This document shows positions 43,148 through 52,766 of a stretch of DNA of 64,000 bases, piece after piece. Both the position numbers and the translations under genes were made by a program. This DNA comes from a virus (taxonomy: Duplodnaviria > Heunggongvirae > Uroviricota > Caudoviricetes > Demerecviridae): IMG/VR virus record IMGVR_UViG_2757320985_000001. The stretch is one strand, 5' to 3'. Positions within the stretch are counted from its first letter, which is position 1. Every line of letters starts with the position of its first letter. The notes beneath the pieces were generated by a model, which was not told the DNA's origin, searched no databases, and saw only the letters and a program-made list of their open reading frames with translations.

Positions 43148-45538
43148 TTATAGGTTACAACCACCTGATGCACAACCTGCTGCTTCTTCACCAGCTCCAC
43201 CACCATTTTCAGTGTTGAAGTTAGCGTAGTACCAAGTTTTCCAACCGTACTTAACAGCAGTCATAAAGTCACGAACTACTACTGGGCCTGGAATGATTTC
43301 ATTCTCGAACTTGGTGTAGTCATAGTACATATTCGTACTGATAGACTGGCTGAAGAATTTCTGCATGGTTGCTACCCATTTGATCCACTCGATACGATCT
43401 ACATCATAAGCCAGTTTATAGCTCATTAATGTATCCCAATCAGTTGCACCTGGAGCAATTGCAATTACTTTATTCACTGCACTACCCTTGATAGATACGA
43501 TCTTACGGGGCGGTTCGATAGAGTTAGTAACACCTAGCAGTACAGAGGAACTTTCACCTGGCATCTGAGCAGTCAGAACAGAGTTGCGCATACCATATTT
43601 CAGAATATCTGCACGCAGAGATTCCCAATCCATTTCTAGACCTACAGTTACCAGTTCATCAACAGTTTTCTTGTACGTGTCGATTACCAGAGTTCCTTGC
43701 GAAGGCTTAGTACGATTAAACCAGTCACATGCACCTTGTTCTTTAGCCAGACGTACAGAGGCTTTATGTAGGAAGTAGGACAGCTTTTCAGCTTCACGGT
43801 GAATCCAGTTACGGGCTTCAACACCTTCGTAAGCCAAACCTTCTGCTGCCATTGCACCTGCTGCGTTCATCAGACCAATACCAACGTTACGACGTTTCTT
43901 AGCCGTGTACTCCATAGTTGGGAATGGGTAATCCTGAATCTCGATGATTGTATCAACGAATTTCAGAAGAATGTAGCAAGTTTTCCCCCATTCAGCCAGA
44001 GATTCCATACGACCTAGTACAACACCACCTAAGTTACACAGAGATACTTCACCAATATCTTCTGGACGCATATCGTCTAACTGATCTTGGGTCTTATACA
44101 GCTCCGTAATGTGATGGAATGGACGGGTTGGCTGAGTAATTTCAACACAAAGGTTGGTCATACGAATCGGGTCAAGGAAGTTACCATGACGGTTAGATTC
44201 ACCAATGTGATGAGCATACATACGCCCTGTTTCCATACGGATACGTAACCAAGTATCTAGGATTTCTTTTGCAGAGATTCTAGGAGCTGCTGGAATTGTT
44301 TTTCCTTCGTGGTCGATCTTTGTAAGAGAAGCCACACGTTTCTCCGCTGCCACGTAGATTTCTTCAAACTTAGCCTCATCTTCGCCATAAAACGCTTCAT
44401 GAACTTCTGGTGCGTAGAAGTAGGACATTAGCGTAATATCTTCGTTTTTCAGGTAACGTTTTAATAGAAGGTTGTTAAAGCTCAGAGAGTAATCCATCTT
44501 ATCGATTTTATTCTCGTCTGTAGCACGTTGCTGCTTAACCTGCATCAACTGAATGATTTCAGGATCGAAGTATGGATAAGACACAGTAGCAGAACCGCCA
44601 CGGGTTTGCTGAGTGTTAGCTTTTACTGATCGGTCAATGTGTCGATAATATGGCAGTTTTCCGGAATGCGGGAATGCCCCATTTCGCACCGGATCAGCAA
44701 TTGATCGGCTTTCAAGATGATACCCGATTCCCGCTCTGGCTGCGACCATTTTGAAGACGATGTGCTCGGCTGTGTCGATTGAATCCAGCGTGTCAGTGGA
44801 ATCCACGAGACAACAACTAGCAAATCCACGGTCACTAGAGCGCAGGCCAACCAGTGGCGGCGTAGGAACGTTGATTTTGTGGAGCGACATTGCATTGTAG
44901 AGGTCGATTGCATCTAGAATTGTCCAGTTAGGTTGAGATAACATCGCCATTGCCATACCCATGTAAGCAAACTGCGGGGTTTCATAAATTTCACCAGTTG
45001 CAATATTACGACGGGAATACTTGTCGAAGAACTGTTTCAGCCCACCACTGGTGAATAAACGATCGCGATCATGATCAATAACTTGATTCAGAGCATCAAA
45101 CTGATCATCGCTAATCCATGCACTCATGTCTTCCCAGGCGCCAACACGAACCATATGATCGTGGAAGAAACGCAGAGAAGGAGGTTCAAAGGAATCATAT
45201 AGGCGTTTACGCATCTGCGCAAGACGTAATTCCTTTGCTACAGTATCATATGCTGGGTTGTCTTTGATAAGACCTTCAGCGGCTTTAATTAACACATCTT
45301 GGAGTGTATCGGAGTCTACAACACCTTTGGGTAGATTTTTCAGGGCAGCCATAACTACGGCAGACCAACTTACGTCAGTATCTTTACATGCCCATGCAGC
45401 CCAATCATTGAGTTTTTCAGGAGCAAAGTCCTGAACAGTACCGTCACGTTTAATTACTTTTTCTATACGATGGCTCATTTGGCTTTCCTTTTTGTAGTTA
45501 TCAGGATTTAGGAGATATTCTACTTTGTTTTGAGTCAT
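43148..45538 (-). CDS. nrdA: ribonucleotide reductase class Ia alpha subunit
   Basis: 796 aa. N-terminal ATP cone, catalytic core with the CNLG motif, and a C-terminal Cys pair. Confidence 0.9.
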   Translation of the reverse strand: MTQNKVEYLLNPDNYKKESQMSHRIEKVIKRDGTVQDFAPEKLNDWAAWACKDTDVSWSAVVMAALKNLPKGVVDSDTLQDVLIKAAEGLIKDNPAYDTVAKELRLAQMRKRLYDSFEPPSLRFFHDHMVRVGAWEDMSAWISDDQFDALNQVIDHDRDRLFTSGGLKQFFDKYSRRNIATGEIYETPQFAYMGMAMAMLSQPNWTILDAIDLYNAMSLHKINVPTPPLVGLRSSDRGFASCCLVDSTDTLDSIDTAEHIVFKMVAARAGIGYHLESRSIADPVRNGAFPHSGKLPYYRHIDRSVKANTQQTRGGSATVSYPYFDPEIIQLMQVKQQRATDENKIDKMDYSLSFNNLLLKRYLKNEDITLMSYFYAPEVHEAFYGEDEAKFEEIYVAAEKRVASLTKIDHEGKTIPAAPRISAKEILDTWLRIRMETGRMYAHHIGESNRHGNFLDPIRMTNLCVEITQPTRPFHHITELYKTQDQLDDMRPEDIGEVSLCNLGGVVLGRMESLAEWGKTCYILLKFVDTIIEIQDYPFPTMEYTAKKRRNVGIGLMNAAGAMAAEGLAYEGVEARNWIHREAEKLSYFLHKASVRLAKEQGACDWFNRTKPSQGTLVIDTYKKTVDELVTVGLEMDWESLRADILKYGMRNSVLTAQMPGESSSVLLGVTNSIEPPRKIVSIKGSAVNKVIAIAPGATDWDTLMSYKLAYDVDRIEWIKWVATMQKFFSQSISTNMYYDYTKFENEIIPGPVVVRDFMTAVKYGWKTWYYANFNTENGGGAGEEAAGCASGGCNL

Positions 45539-45601
45539 TTTGCAAGTACAATTTTACAGATAAAAAGAGCCCGGATATTTTCATACCCAGGCTCGTCTGT
45601 C

Positions 45602-45844
45602 TTACCATTTAAGTTTATCGGTCATATCAGTTAGTTTCTGTCGTATTTCCTTAGCCATAAGAATGTCTATAGAAGTACTCAGTTCATTATAGTTGAAAGG
45701 CCGATTTGGATTAGAGGCTACAATTTTCCACGCTAGGGTAGTCTTAGGACTTTCTTCCCCTTCCTTACGTGTAATCATATTAGCAGCACTCAATGAAGTA
45801 CGGTGGATCTTAGTTTTGCGGTGCAGATGTACGACGTTTCCCAT
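45602..45844 (-). CDS. hypothetical protein, 80 aa
   Basis: ORF track. Confidence 0.45.
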   Translation of the reverse strand: MGNVVHLHRKTKIHRTSLSAANMITRKEGEESPKTTLAWKIVASNPNRPFNYNELSTSIDILMAKEIRQKLTDMTDKLKW

Positions 45845-45845
45845 A

Positions 45846-46607
45846 TTACACCTTCCCCATATCCTTAAAGATATCGTAGAATGCTTTAGACTCTGGTGAG
45901 CGAACGTTGTCGATCAGTTCGATCATAGAGAAAGGAGAGTTTTCGTACTTCTCATAGACTTCCATAAGAAGTGCTAGACCTGAATCACCCTTGATGTCTT
46001 TCTGAGCTATATCTCCACAGATAATTAAACGACAATCTTGTCCTACACGAGTCAAAAGACAGATCATTGCTTCAACGGAGATATTCTGAGCTTCATCGAC
46101 AATTACATAGGAGTTGTTGAAAGTTCGGCCACGGGCATGTTCGATAGCCAGGAATTTAATTTTCTGACGTTCGACATATCCTTTGTAGGCGTGATCACCG
46201 ATTGCCCATTTCATGCCATCGGCTATTGGTTCCAACCAAGGCTCTAGCTTTTCTGCCAGATCACCTGGGAGCATACCAAGAGATTTACCTAGAGGTTCGT
46301 TCGGACGCACGAGGATCACTTGCTCAATATCTGAGTGAATGTCTACGAGTTCCTGAGCTGCAAGAACGGACGGAATAAAGGTTTTACCAGTACCTGGTTC
46401 ACCAATACCCACAGTCACTGTGTTGTTCTTGATCATATTGATATATGATTTTTGCTCACGGTTTTTACCAACTAGGGATTTAGCAACTGGATTGGCGTAA
46501 TCACCAGAGAAATCTGCTTGAATTACGTTACTCTCATACTTGTTGCCACGCTTTCTTGAACCATTGCGGTTCTCTCTTTTTTGACGTGCTTTTCCCATAA
46601 ATAACAC
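45846..46607 (-). CDS. phoH: PhoH-like ATPase
   Basis: Walker A GEPGTGKT. PhoH family length and architecture. Confidence 0.85.
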   Translation of the reverse strand: MLFMGKARQKRENRNGSRKRGNKYESNVIQADFSGDYANPVAKSLVGKNREQKSYINMIKNNTVTVGIGEPGTGKTFIPSVLAAQELVDIHSDIEQVILVRPNEPLGKSLGMLPGDLAEKLEPWLEPIADGMKWAIGDHAYKGYVERQKIKFLAIEHARGRTFNNSYVIVDEAQNISVEAMICLLTRVGQDCRLIICGDIAQKDIKGDSGLALLMEVYEKYENSPFSMIELIDNVRSPESKAFYDIFKDMGKV

Positions 46608-46654
46608 TCCTATAGTGTACTTCGCTAACAGAGGATCAACAAAAAGATCTTGTT

Positions 46655-46715
46655 TATCAACTTACAAATATATTATACCAATATATACGGGAGAAAGCAA
46701 CTACAATTTTAAATA
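46655..46715 (-). promoter_or_regulatory. early promoter cassette (TTGCTT-17-GGTATAAT) for phoH
   Basis: Member of the repeated promoter family. Confidence 0.6.
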
Positions 46716-46892
46716 AGCCTATGATATTGCATTTAAATAAAAAATTTGCTTGCTTTTATTGGGAGATGTATGGTACTAGATAATCATTTTATATCGCGTA
46801 CACGGGTGCGTGATTATACTATTTTTAGTAGAGGTTGGCAAATAAAATTTTTTGACTCAGATCATGTTACAGAACTTTATAGTAAAATATTG

Positions 46893-46921
46893 TTGACATC
46901 CGCCTTCGAATGAGTTATAAT
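46893..46921 (+). promoter_or_regulatory. sigma70-consensus promoter TTGACA-17-TATAAT upstream of nrdD
   Basis: TTGACAtccgccttcgaatgagtTATAAT seen directly. Confidence 0.65.
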
Positions 46922-46950
46922 AGTAGTCTTAGTTAGAGAAGGAGGGTATA

Positions 46951-48825
46951 ATGAATCGCAATGAAGAACTAAAGTATAAAGGAATGCAGTCCTTGATTCG
47001 AAACTGCAAAGAAATTATCGAAGGTTCAGCAGATGAAGAGCTGCTGTTTAATAATGCCAATAAGCCCTCAGAACGTTTCCCTACACAAAGGGATATGCTT
47101 GCAGGGGAATTGAGTAAATATCTGATTCTGGAAGAAATGCCAATCCAGATTCGAAATGCTCACATGATTGGTGATATTCACTTCCATGATGCTGATTACG
47201 CTGCGTTAGGTATGACTAACTGTTGCCTGGTTGCTTTGGAAGATATGTTGAAGAATGGTATGAAGGTTGGTAATGCTGAAATCAGTACACCAAACTCTAT
47301 TACTACTGCGGCTGCTATCACAGCTCAGATTATCACTCAGGTTAGTTCACATCAATATGGGGGTACTTCTGTAGACCGATTAGATGAAGTATTGGCTCCT
47401 TATGTTCGTAAGTCTTATGATAAGAATCATGCGTTTGCAAAGCGTTGGACTAAGGATGAAGCTAAAGCATCTGTAATGGCTACGGAAATGACTGAGAAAG
47501 AAGTTTACGATGCCTGTCAGGGCCTGGAGTATGAAATCAATACGATGTTCAACTCTAATGGTCAAAGTCCGTTTATTACCTTTGGTTTTGGTCTAGGAAC
47601 TTCTTGGGAAGCACGTCTTGTACAGAAAGCAATACTAGAAGTACGTATGGATGGTTTGGGTATCAATAAACGTACAGCTATCTTCCCTAAACTGGTATTT
47701 GTTTTGCGTGAGGGCGTAAACATGAAACCTGGTGATGTTAACTATGATATCAAGAAGTTAGCTATGAAATGTACTGCTGAACGTATGTATCCTGACTACA
47801 TCAGTTATGATAAGGTTGTAGAAGTTACGGGGGACTACAAAGTCTCTATGGGCTGTCGTTCATTCCTGGCTGCTGCGGAAGATGGTGAAACTTCTGGTCG
47901 TAACAACTTAGGCGTTGTTTCCGTAAACCTTCCTCGAATCGCTATCGAAGCGGAAGGAAATATTGATCTATTCTTCGATCTGCTTGAGCTGCGTGTGGAT
48001 ACCGCGTTAAAAGCATTGGAGTGGAGGGTTGATCGCTTAAAATACATTCAAGCTAAAGCTGCGCCCATCCTCTATATGTCAGGAGCCTTTGGATTACGTC
48101 TGGGGCCAGATGAATATGTATTTGATCATTTCTACAAGCGTGCTTCTGTATCTCTAGGATATATTGGTTGCCACGAAATGTTGCAGCTCATGTTTGGTAA
48201 AGATGTAGATACAATGTCTGAGTCTTGTATCAAGTTCGTTCAACGTGTGCTACAATACATGCGTGATCGTGCTGATCAGAAGAAGGAAGAGACTCAATTA
48301 GGGTATAGTCTGTATGCTACACCATCTGAATCTCTATGTGATCGCTTCTGTCGCCTAGACCGTGAGTATTTCCCAGAGCATGAAGATATTCTGGCTAAAG
48401 GATATTACACTAATTCCCATCACCTTGATGTAGAACGTAAGGTTGCTCCAAATGTGAAGTTTGATTATGAGTCTAACTTTACTCCTATTGCTTCTGGTGG
48501 GTGCATTTCCTATGTGGAATTACCGGATATGAAACGATTCCCTGATGCACTGGAATGGGTTATTAACTATGCTGCAAGTAAAGTTCATTACTTCGGTATT
48601 AATACTCCAGTAGACTCTTGTGGGGAATGTGGGTTCTTGGGTGAAACTATAGCTTCTGAGGATGGTTTCAAATGCCCAATTTGTGGCAATCATGATCCTG
48701 AGACTCTTGAGGTAACTCGTCGAGTTTGTGGATATCTTGGAAATCCAGGTGCTCGTCCGTTTAACCCAGGTAAACAACATGAGGTTATGGGTCGAGTGAA
48801 ACATCAAGACATTCGCGCTAAATAA
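46951..48825 (+). CDS. nrdD: anaerobic ribonucleoside-triphosphate reductase
   Basis: 624 aa. C-terminal glycyl-radical motif RVCGYLGNP. CxxC Zn ribbon upstream of it. Confidence 0.9.
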   Translation: MNRNEELKYKGMQSLIRNCKEIIEGSADEELLFNNANKPSERFPTQRDMLAGELSKYLILEEMPIQIRNAHMIGDIHFHDADYAALGMTNCCLVALEDMLKNGMKVGNAEISTPNSITTAAAITAQIITQVSSHQYGGTSVDRLDEVLAPYVRKSYDKNHAFAKRWTKDEAKASVMATEMTEKEVYDACQGLEYEINTMFNSNGQSPFITFGFGLGTSWEARLVQKAILEVRMDGLGINKRTAIFPKLVFVLREGVNMKPGDVNYDIKKLAMKCTAERMYPDYISYDKVVEVTGDYKVSMGCRSFLAAAEDGETSGRNNLGVVSVNLPRIAIEAEGNIDLFFDLLELRVDTALKALEWRVDRLKYIQAKAAPILYMSGAFGLRLGPDEYVFDHFYKRASVSLGYIGCHEMLQLMFGKDVDTMSESCIKFVQRVLQYMRDRADQKKEETQLGYSLYATPSESLCDRFCRLDREYFPEHEDILAKGYYTNSHHLDVERKVAPNVKFDYESNFTPIASGGCISYVELPDMKRFPDALEWVINYAASKVHYFGINTPVDSCGECGFLGETIASEDGFKCPICGNHDPETLEVTRRVCGYLGNPGARPFNPGKQHEVMGRVKHQDIRAK

Positions 48826-48830
48826 TGAAT

Positions 48831-48868
48831 CAGCCAGGTTGCTAGTCGACCTGGCTTTTATTTTATTT
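48831..48868 (+). terminator. rho-independent terminator after nrdD
   Basis: AGCCAGGTTGCTAGTCGACCTGGCT followed by a T-run. Confidence 0.6.
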
Positions 48869-48923
48869 GCTTTCGAGCTAAAACTTATGTATAATTGATT
48901 TATAAATTTGAGAGGAGAAAGCT

Positions 48924-49205
48924 ATGAGCGAATTGCTTCCGAAAGTAGATGTTTCCCATCTTGGAGAGCCTAGTGAAGAACGTAAGGCTCTAGATTGGTT
49001 GGGCGGATTTGATTATCGTCGTGTTGTTGCAACATGGAATGATAAGAAAGTTAAGAAGTTTCGGGTACATTATGTAGGTAAAGACAAGTGGCTCTGGATT
49101 GATTATGAAGAATCGAAGGGGTCTACTAAGGCTGTGAAAATTTATCGTATGTATGGGTATTATTATGCTCACTGTGATAAGAATGAATTTACAGTACAGA
49201 ACTAA
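48924..49205 (+). CDS. hypothetical protein, 93 aa
   Basis: Promoter cassette at about 48865-48923 with a GAGAGGAG RBS. Confidence 0.55.
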   Translation: MSELLPKVDVSHLGEPSEERKALDWLGGFDYRRVVATWNDKKVKKFRVHYVGKDKWLWIDYEESKGSTKAVKIYRMYGYYYAHCDKNEFTVQN

Positions 49206-49214
49206 GGAACAAGA

Positions 49215-49418
49215 ATGAAAAACGTAAAACATCTTAAATATCGCTTAATTTACAACGGACGTATGGAAACAGAAGATCTAGCTCAGCTAGCGATCAATTC
49301 AGATGAAGTTACAGTTCGTGCTTTGTCCATCGAGAAGCTGCGTGCTTCTTACGAAAATCGTATTATGGAATTGGAGGAAAAACTTTATGGACTTCTTGAA
49401 TCAGAATCTAAAAAGTAA
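49215..49418 (+). CDS. hypothetical protein, 67 aa
   Basis: ORF track. Confidence 0.45.
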   Translation: MKNVKHLKYRLIYNGRMETEDLAQLAINSDEVTVRALSIEKLRASYENRIMELEEKLYGLLESESKK

Positions 49419-49581
49419 TTTAGAAAATATGCTTATGGAGCAGTGGAATGCTGGGTATAATGCTGGAGTAGCTACCTGTATTGCTGGTTTGGATATGCTT
49501 ATTAAGCAAGAGAAGGTTCGCCCAGAAGAAGCAATTCTGCTCCAAAATATCATCGAAGGATTCAAGCAAGGAATCGTATAA
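49386..49581 (+). CDS. hypothetical protein, 65 aa (ATG with GGAGGA RBS; trimmed from ORF 49303-49581)
   Basis: RBS-supported internal start. Confidence 0.4.
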
Positions 49582-50432
49582 TGCGTAGACTAATCGTTGT
49601 TAGTGGTGCAGGTTTGAGTGTAGATAGTGGTGTTCGTGCTTTCCGTACTGATACTGCTAGTGGGAAATCCTTGTGGGATGAGTACGATCTAGAGGAAGTA
49701 TGTAGCTTGCCTAACTTTGAAGCTGGCTTCCGTCGCTTCTGTGGTGAAGATGATCCTAACTACTTCAGTGCTCGTTTCCCTGGCATTGATAAAGATGGTA
49801 ACGATCTGTATCTCAAGACTCATGAGTTCTACAACATGCGTCGTCAGGAATTACAGACTGTTGAGCCTAACATTGCCCATCTGCGAATTGCAGAATGGTT
49901 CCAGCGTTATGGTGCGGATAGCGTGAAGAACTTCACTACTAACGTTGATGACCTTCTGGAACGTGCTGGTATCCCTCGTGATGAAATCATTCACGCTCAC
50001 GGGTACTTGAAAGAGGTGATCTATCGTCGGGGTCGCAATCAAATCATCGAAGATGTTGGATACACTGCAATTGTTCCTGAAGATTACGAATGGATAAAAC
50101 CAAACGTGGTGTTCTTTGGTGAGACAGCTCCGTGGTACATGGGTCAAATCAACCTGTTTGATACTCTTAATAGCAATGACATGGTTATTGTGGTGGGTTG
50201 TAGCAACCAAGTTATCAACTTCAACTGGGAATTATTTCCTGCTGTATGTCGTGGAACTAAGATGATGGTTGTTAATCCTCAAGTTCGTTATGATGAACAG
50301 CTTGAGTATGAGAAACGTGGTGTTACTGTATGGAGGGTTGGAGCTGCCGAAGTTTTTGGTAATAAGCATTTCATTGGTCAAGTTGAAGCTTTTATGGAAG
50401 GAGCTATTTATGTCCCCGAAAAGACATCCTGA
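49581..50432 (+). CDS. Sir2-family (sirtuin-like) NAD-binding protein
   Basis: GAGLSVDSGVRAFR Rossmann start. PNxxH present. No obvious CxxC Zn module. Confidence 0.6.
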   Translation: MRRLIVVSGAGLSVDSGVRAFRTDTASGKSLWDEYDLEEVCSLPNFEAGFRRFCGEDDPNYFSARFPGIDKDGNDLYLKTHEFYNMRRQELQTVEPNIAHLRIAEWFQRYGADSVKNFTTNVDDLLERAGIPRDEIIHAHGYLKEVIYRRGRNQIIEDVGYTAIVPEDYEWIKPNVVFFGETAPWYMGQINLFDTLNSNDMVIVVGCSNQVINFNWELFPAVCRGTKMMVVNPQVRYDEQLEYEKRGVTVWRVGAAEVFGNKHFIGQVEAFMEGAIYVPEKTS

Positions 50433-50568
50433 TGATATAATTGTATGGCCAGATAAAACATGGTGCTATCGTGAAGAGTTGTGGGAAATGGATTATATGT
50501 CAGATGATTTCTGTGTAATCTATATAGACACACCGGAACATAAAGCGTTCCTAGAGGAGAACGAATGA
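50411..50568 (+). CDS. hypothetical small protein (RBS-supported start inside ORF 50269-50568)
   Basis: GAAGGAG RBS before the ATG at 50411. Confidence 0.35.
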
Positions 50569-50750
50569 TAAAGAAGATTTTTAAGGGTATCTGGAAAGGT
50601 CTAGTATGGTTTGTCAACCTAATCGGTATGATTACCATTTATTCTCTGTTCCTATCTGTTATGTGGGGTAAAGGTGAGCTGAAGGTTCCAATTCCTTTTA
50701 CTGATGAAGTTAAAGTCTGGACGTGGGATGCTACTGGTGGAAATAAGTAA
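50565..50750 (+). CDS. small membrane protein, 61 aa
   Basis: Hydrophobic helix (VWFVNLIGMITIYSLFLSVMW). Confidence 0.45.
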   Translation: MIKKIFKGIWKGLVWFVNLIGMITIYSLFLSVMWGKGELKVPIPFTDEVKVWTWDATGGNK

Positions 50751-51243
50751 TACTCCTATAATTTTCCTGGATATTGATGGGGTGCTCAATTCGAGCATCT
50801 CTCACCATCATGCTCCAGATAGTGAAAAGCTATTCTTTGGTGGTGATTGGGTTTACAAGCCATTACTCCAGGCTTTTCAGAACTTTCTTAAGCCATCCCC
50901 AATAATGATTGTTGGGGTATCTTCATGGTTTTCTGTACGAAATGAAATGGAGAACGTTCAGATTATGACCGGACTCGGTTTGATCGATCGTTTTCTTGGT
51001 ACAACAGATTTTACTGGAGGTGGTTTATCTCGGGGTAATTCTGTTTTACGTTTTGTCGAAAAATATAAGCTCAAGCATTGGTGTGTCCTAGATGATGCTG
51101 GTGCTATGATGTATCAATTTCCTACTGTTATTGTAAACGGCAGGACTGGAATAAACCTTCAAGATTTAAACGCTATCAGCTATATGCTGGAGTTTAGTCC
51201 AGATCTTGAAATGTGTAAGGCTCTTCAGAAACTTAAGGTATAA
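50704..51243 (+). CDS. HAD-superfamily phosphatase-like protein
   Basis: FLDIDGVLN motif I (DxDG). Start may be at the ATG near 50728. Confidence 0.5.
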   Translation: MKLKSGRGMLLVEISNTPIIFLDIDGVLNSSISHHHAPDSEKLFFGGDWVYKPLLQAFQNFLKPSPIMIVGVSSWFSVRNEMENVQIMTGLGLIDRFLGTTDFTGGGLSRGNSVLRFVEKYKLKHWCVLDDAGAMMYQFPTVIVNGRTGINLQDLNAISYMLEFSPDLEMCKALQKLKV

Positions 51244-51245
51244 GC

Positions 51246-51674
51246 ATGTTCAATAATATTTTCATGAAAGAGGTAAATCCTATGCTTCTCAACTTCTGGC
51301 GCTCTCTCCCTAATGGTATGTATAATGAAACCATCAATCTGCTCAAGATTTGGTGTGAGAATAACGATATCTTCTTATCCTTTAAAGGCCCGCTAGAGGA
51401 AGCTCCGTGTATTGGAGTTAGCGTGGATTTAGGGGAGGGAGTAGAAGAGATTGTAGACTGGAAAGAACTCGATGAAATGGGTCTGGTTTTTGCCTTGAAT
51501 CATAAGCTGTTTATGCCTGCAAATCACCGTCTTATTGTAAATTATCGCACTGGTGAAGCTCCTGCTTTCCAGGTAAATGAACGTGAGGGCTGGTCATATT
51601 CGCCCGAGGAAGTAAATGAGGGGATTCAGAAACTTCGTCGTTTCGGGTATATGATCCCAGGTTTAACTGCTTAA
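51246..51674 (+). CDS. hypothetical protein, 142 aa (paralog A)
   Basis: C-terminal half is similar to the next ORF. Confidence 0.55.
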   Translation: MFNNIFMKEVNPMLLNFWRSLPNGMYNETINLLKIWCENNDIFLSFKGPLEEAPCIGVSVDLGEGVEEIVDWKELDEMGLVFALNHKLFMPANHRLIVNYRTGEAPAFQVNEREGWSYSPEEVNEGIQKLRRFGYMIPGLTA

Positions 51675-51683
51675 GGAGGCAGA

Positions 51684-52079
51684 ATGGAACAAGTATTTTG
51701 GCGTCAGATAGATCCTAGTTTGGTAGAGCGTGCTGAGGGGCTCCTTGCACGTTGGTTGGGGGTTGACAAGGTTAGTGTAACATTTCCGTTTACTTCTGTA
51801 ACAGACCCTAGTGTAGGTGTCTTTGTGGACGAAAATGAAGATGATGGTTGGGAAGCTGACTGGAATGAATTGTCCAGCATGGGCTTGATTGTTGCCCTCA
51901 ACTTCTCTATATTCCATCCACGTGGCTTAGCCATTACACGTGACCCCGAAACTGGTGAATCCCCTTATCTTTTGCAAGTAGAAGATGATATTTGGGAGTA
52001 CACCGAAGATATTCTCGAAGAAGCTAAAGGTCAATTAAATCGCATTGGAATCTATGTCCCAGGCCTAAATGATGATTGA
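51684..52079 (+). CDS. hypothetical protein, 131 aa (paralog B)
   Basis: Shares W(K/N)EL..MGL..ALN ... TGE.P ... G(Y/I)..PGL with 51246-51674. Confidence 0.55.
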   Translation: MEQVFWRQIDPSLVERAEGLLARWLGVDKVSVTFPFTSVTDPSVGVFVDENEDDGWEADWNELSSMGLIVALNFSIFHPRGLAITRDPETGESPYLLQVEDDIWEYTEDILEEAKGQLNRIGIYVPGLNDD

Positions 52080-52085
52080 TTTTCA

Positions 52086-52130
52086 TTAGCTCAATCCTGA
52101 TTACCGAGTCATTTTGGCTCGGTTTTCTCT
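52086..52130 (+). terminator. rho-independent terminator (ACCGAGTCATTTTGGCTCGGTTTT)
   Basis: Hairpin plus T-run. Confidence 0.6.
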
Positions 52131-52149
52131 GTGCTCAAAGACACTGATA

Positions 52150-52215
52150 GCACCTTCGGAAAAATTTTACTTGCAGGATGCTCAAAATCTTGATATAATA
52201 TTTATATTGAATTGA
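52150..52215 (+). promoter_or_regulatory. early promoter cassette variant (TTGCAG-17-TATAAT plus conserved leader) with no ORF nearby
   Basis: Seen directly. The next start codon is at about 52767. Confidence 0.5.
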
Positions 52216-52766
52216 GAGACATTAGTAAAAATTGATTTTGCTAATTTTTCTTGTTTACAATCCGCAATACGGAACAGTTAGGCTGCCCCATTAAGGGTTG
52301 TTTTAACTATTACTAGTGTTTATACTGCATTAGTTAATTATCAATTAAGTGATCTGCGTACCCTGAATTCGGAAAGGTAAATCCAAACCGTGCATATTTA
52401 GCTCGTTATATAGGCAGAGCTTTATATGGGGGTGCGAACGAAAAGAGCAGCGAATGGTGACACGTCCAGTAGCCACCTACCAATAGGATAGTGAGGGCAA
52501 TCAGAATCGGCTTAGCGGCCAATGACCTAGGTTCTGATCTGGATAAGAGTTAAGAGAGCGCAGCACTGAGGTATGATAACTTATTCATACTGCTTGATGA
52601 TGATTAATGTTTGTGTAAATGGTAGTAATAGTTGTTCTATTCTTTTGAATAGTCCTAAAGAAAGATATCCGAATAACCAACATAGGAGTATTGTTGTGTT
52701 CTCAATCCTACAAGGTCACGCAGGATTTCCAGAGATAAAGCCACTGGCATCTGGAAAGAGATCAAA

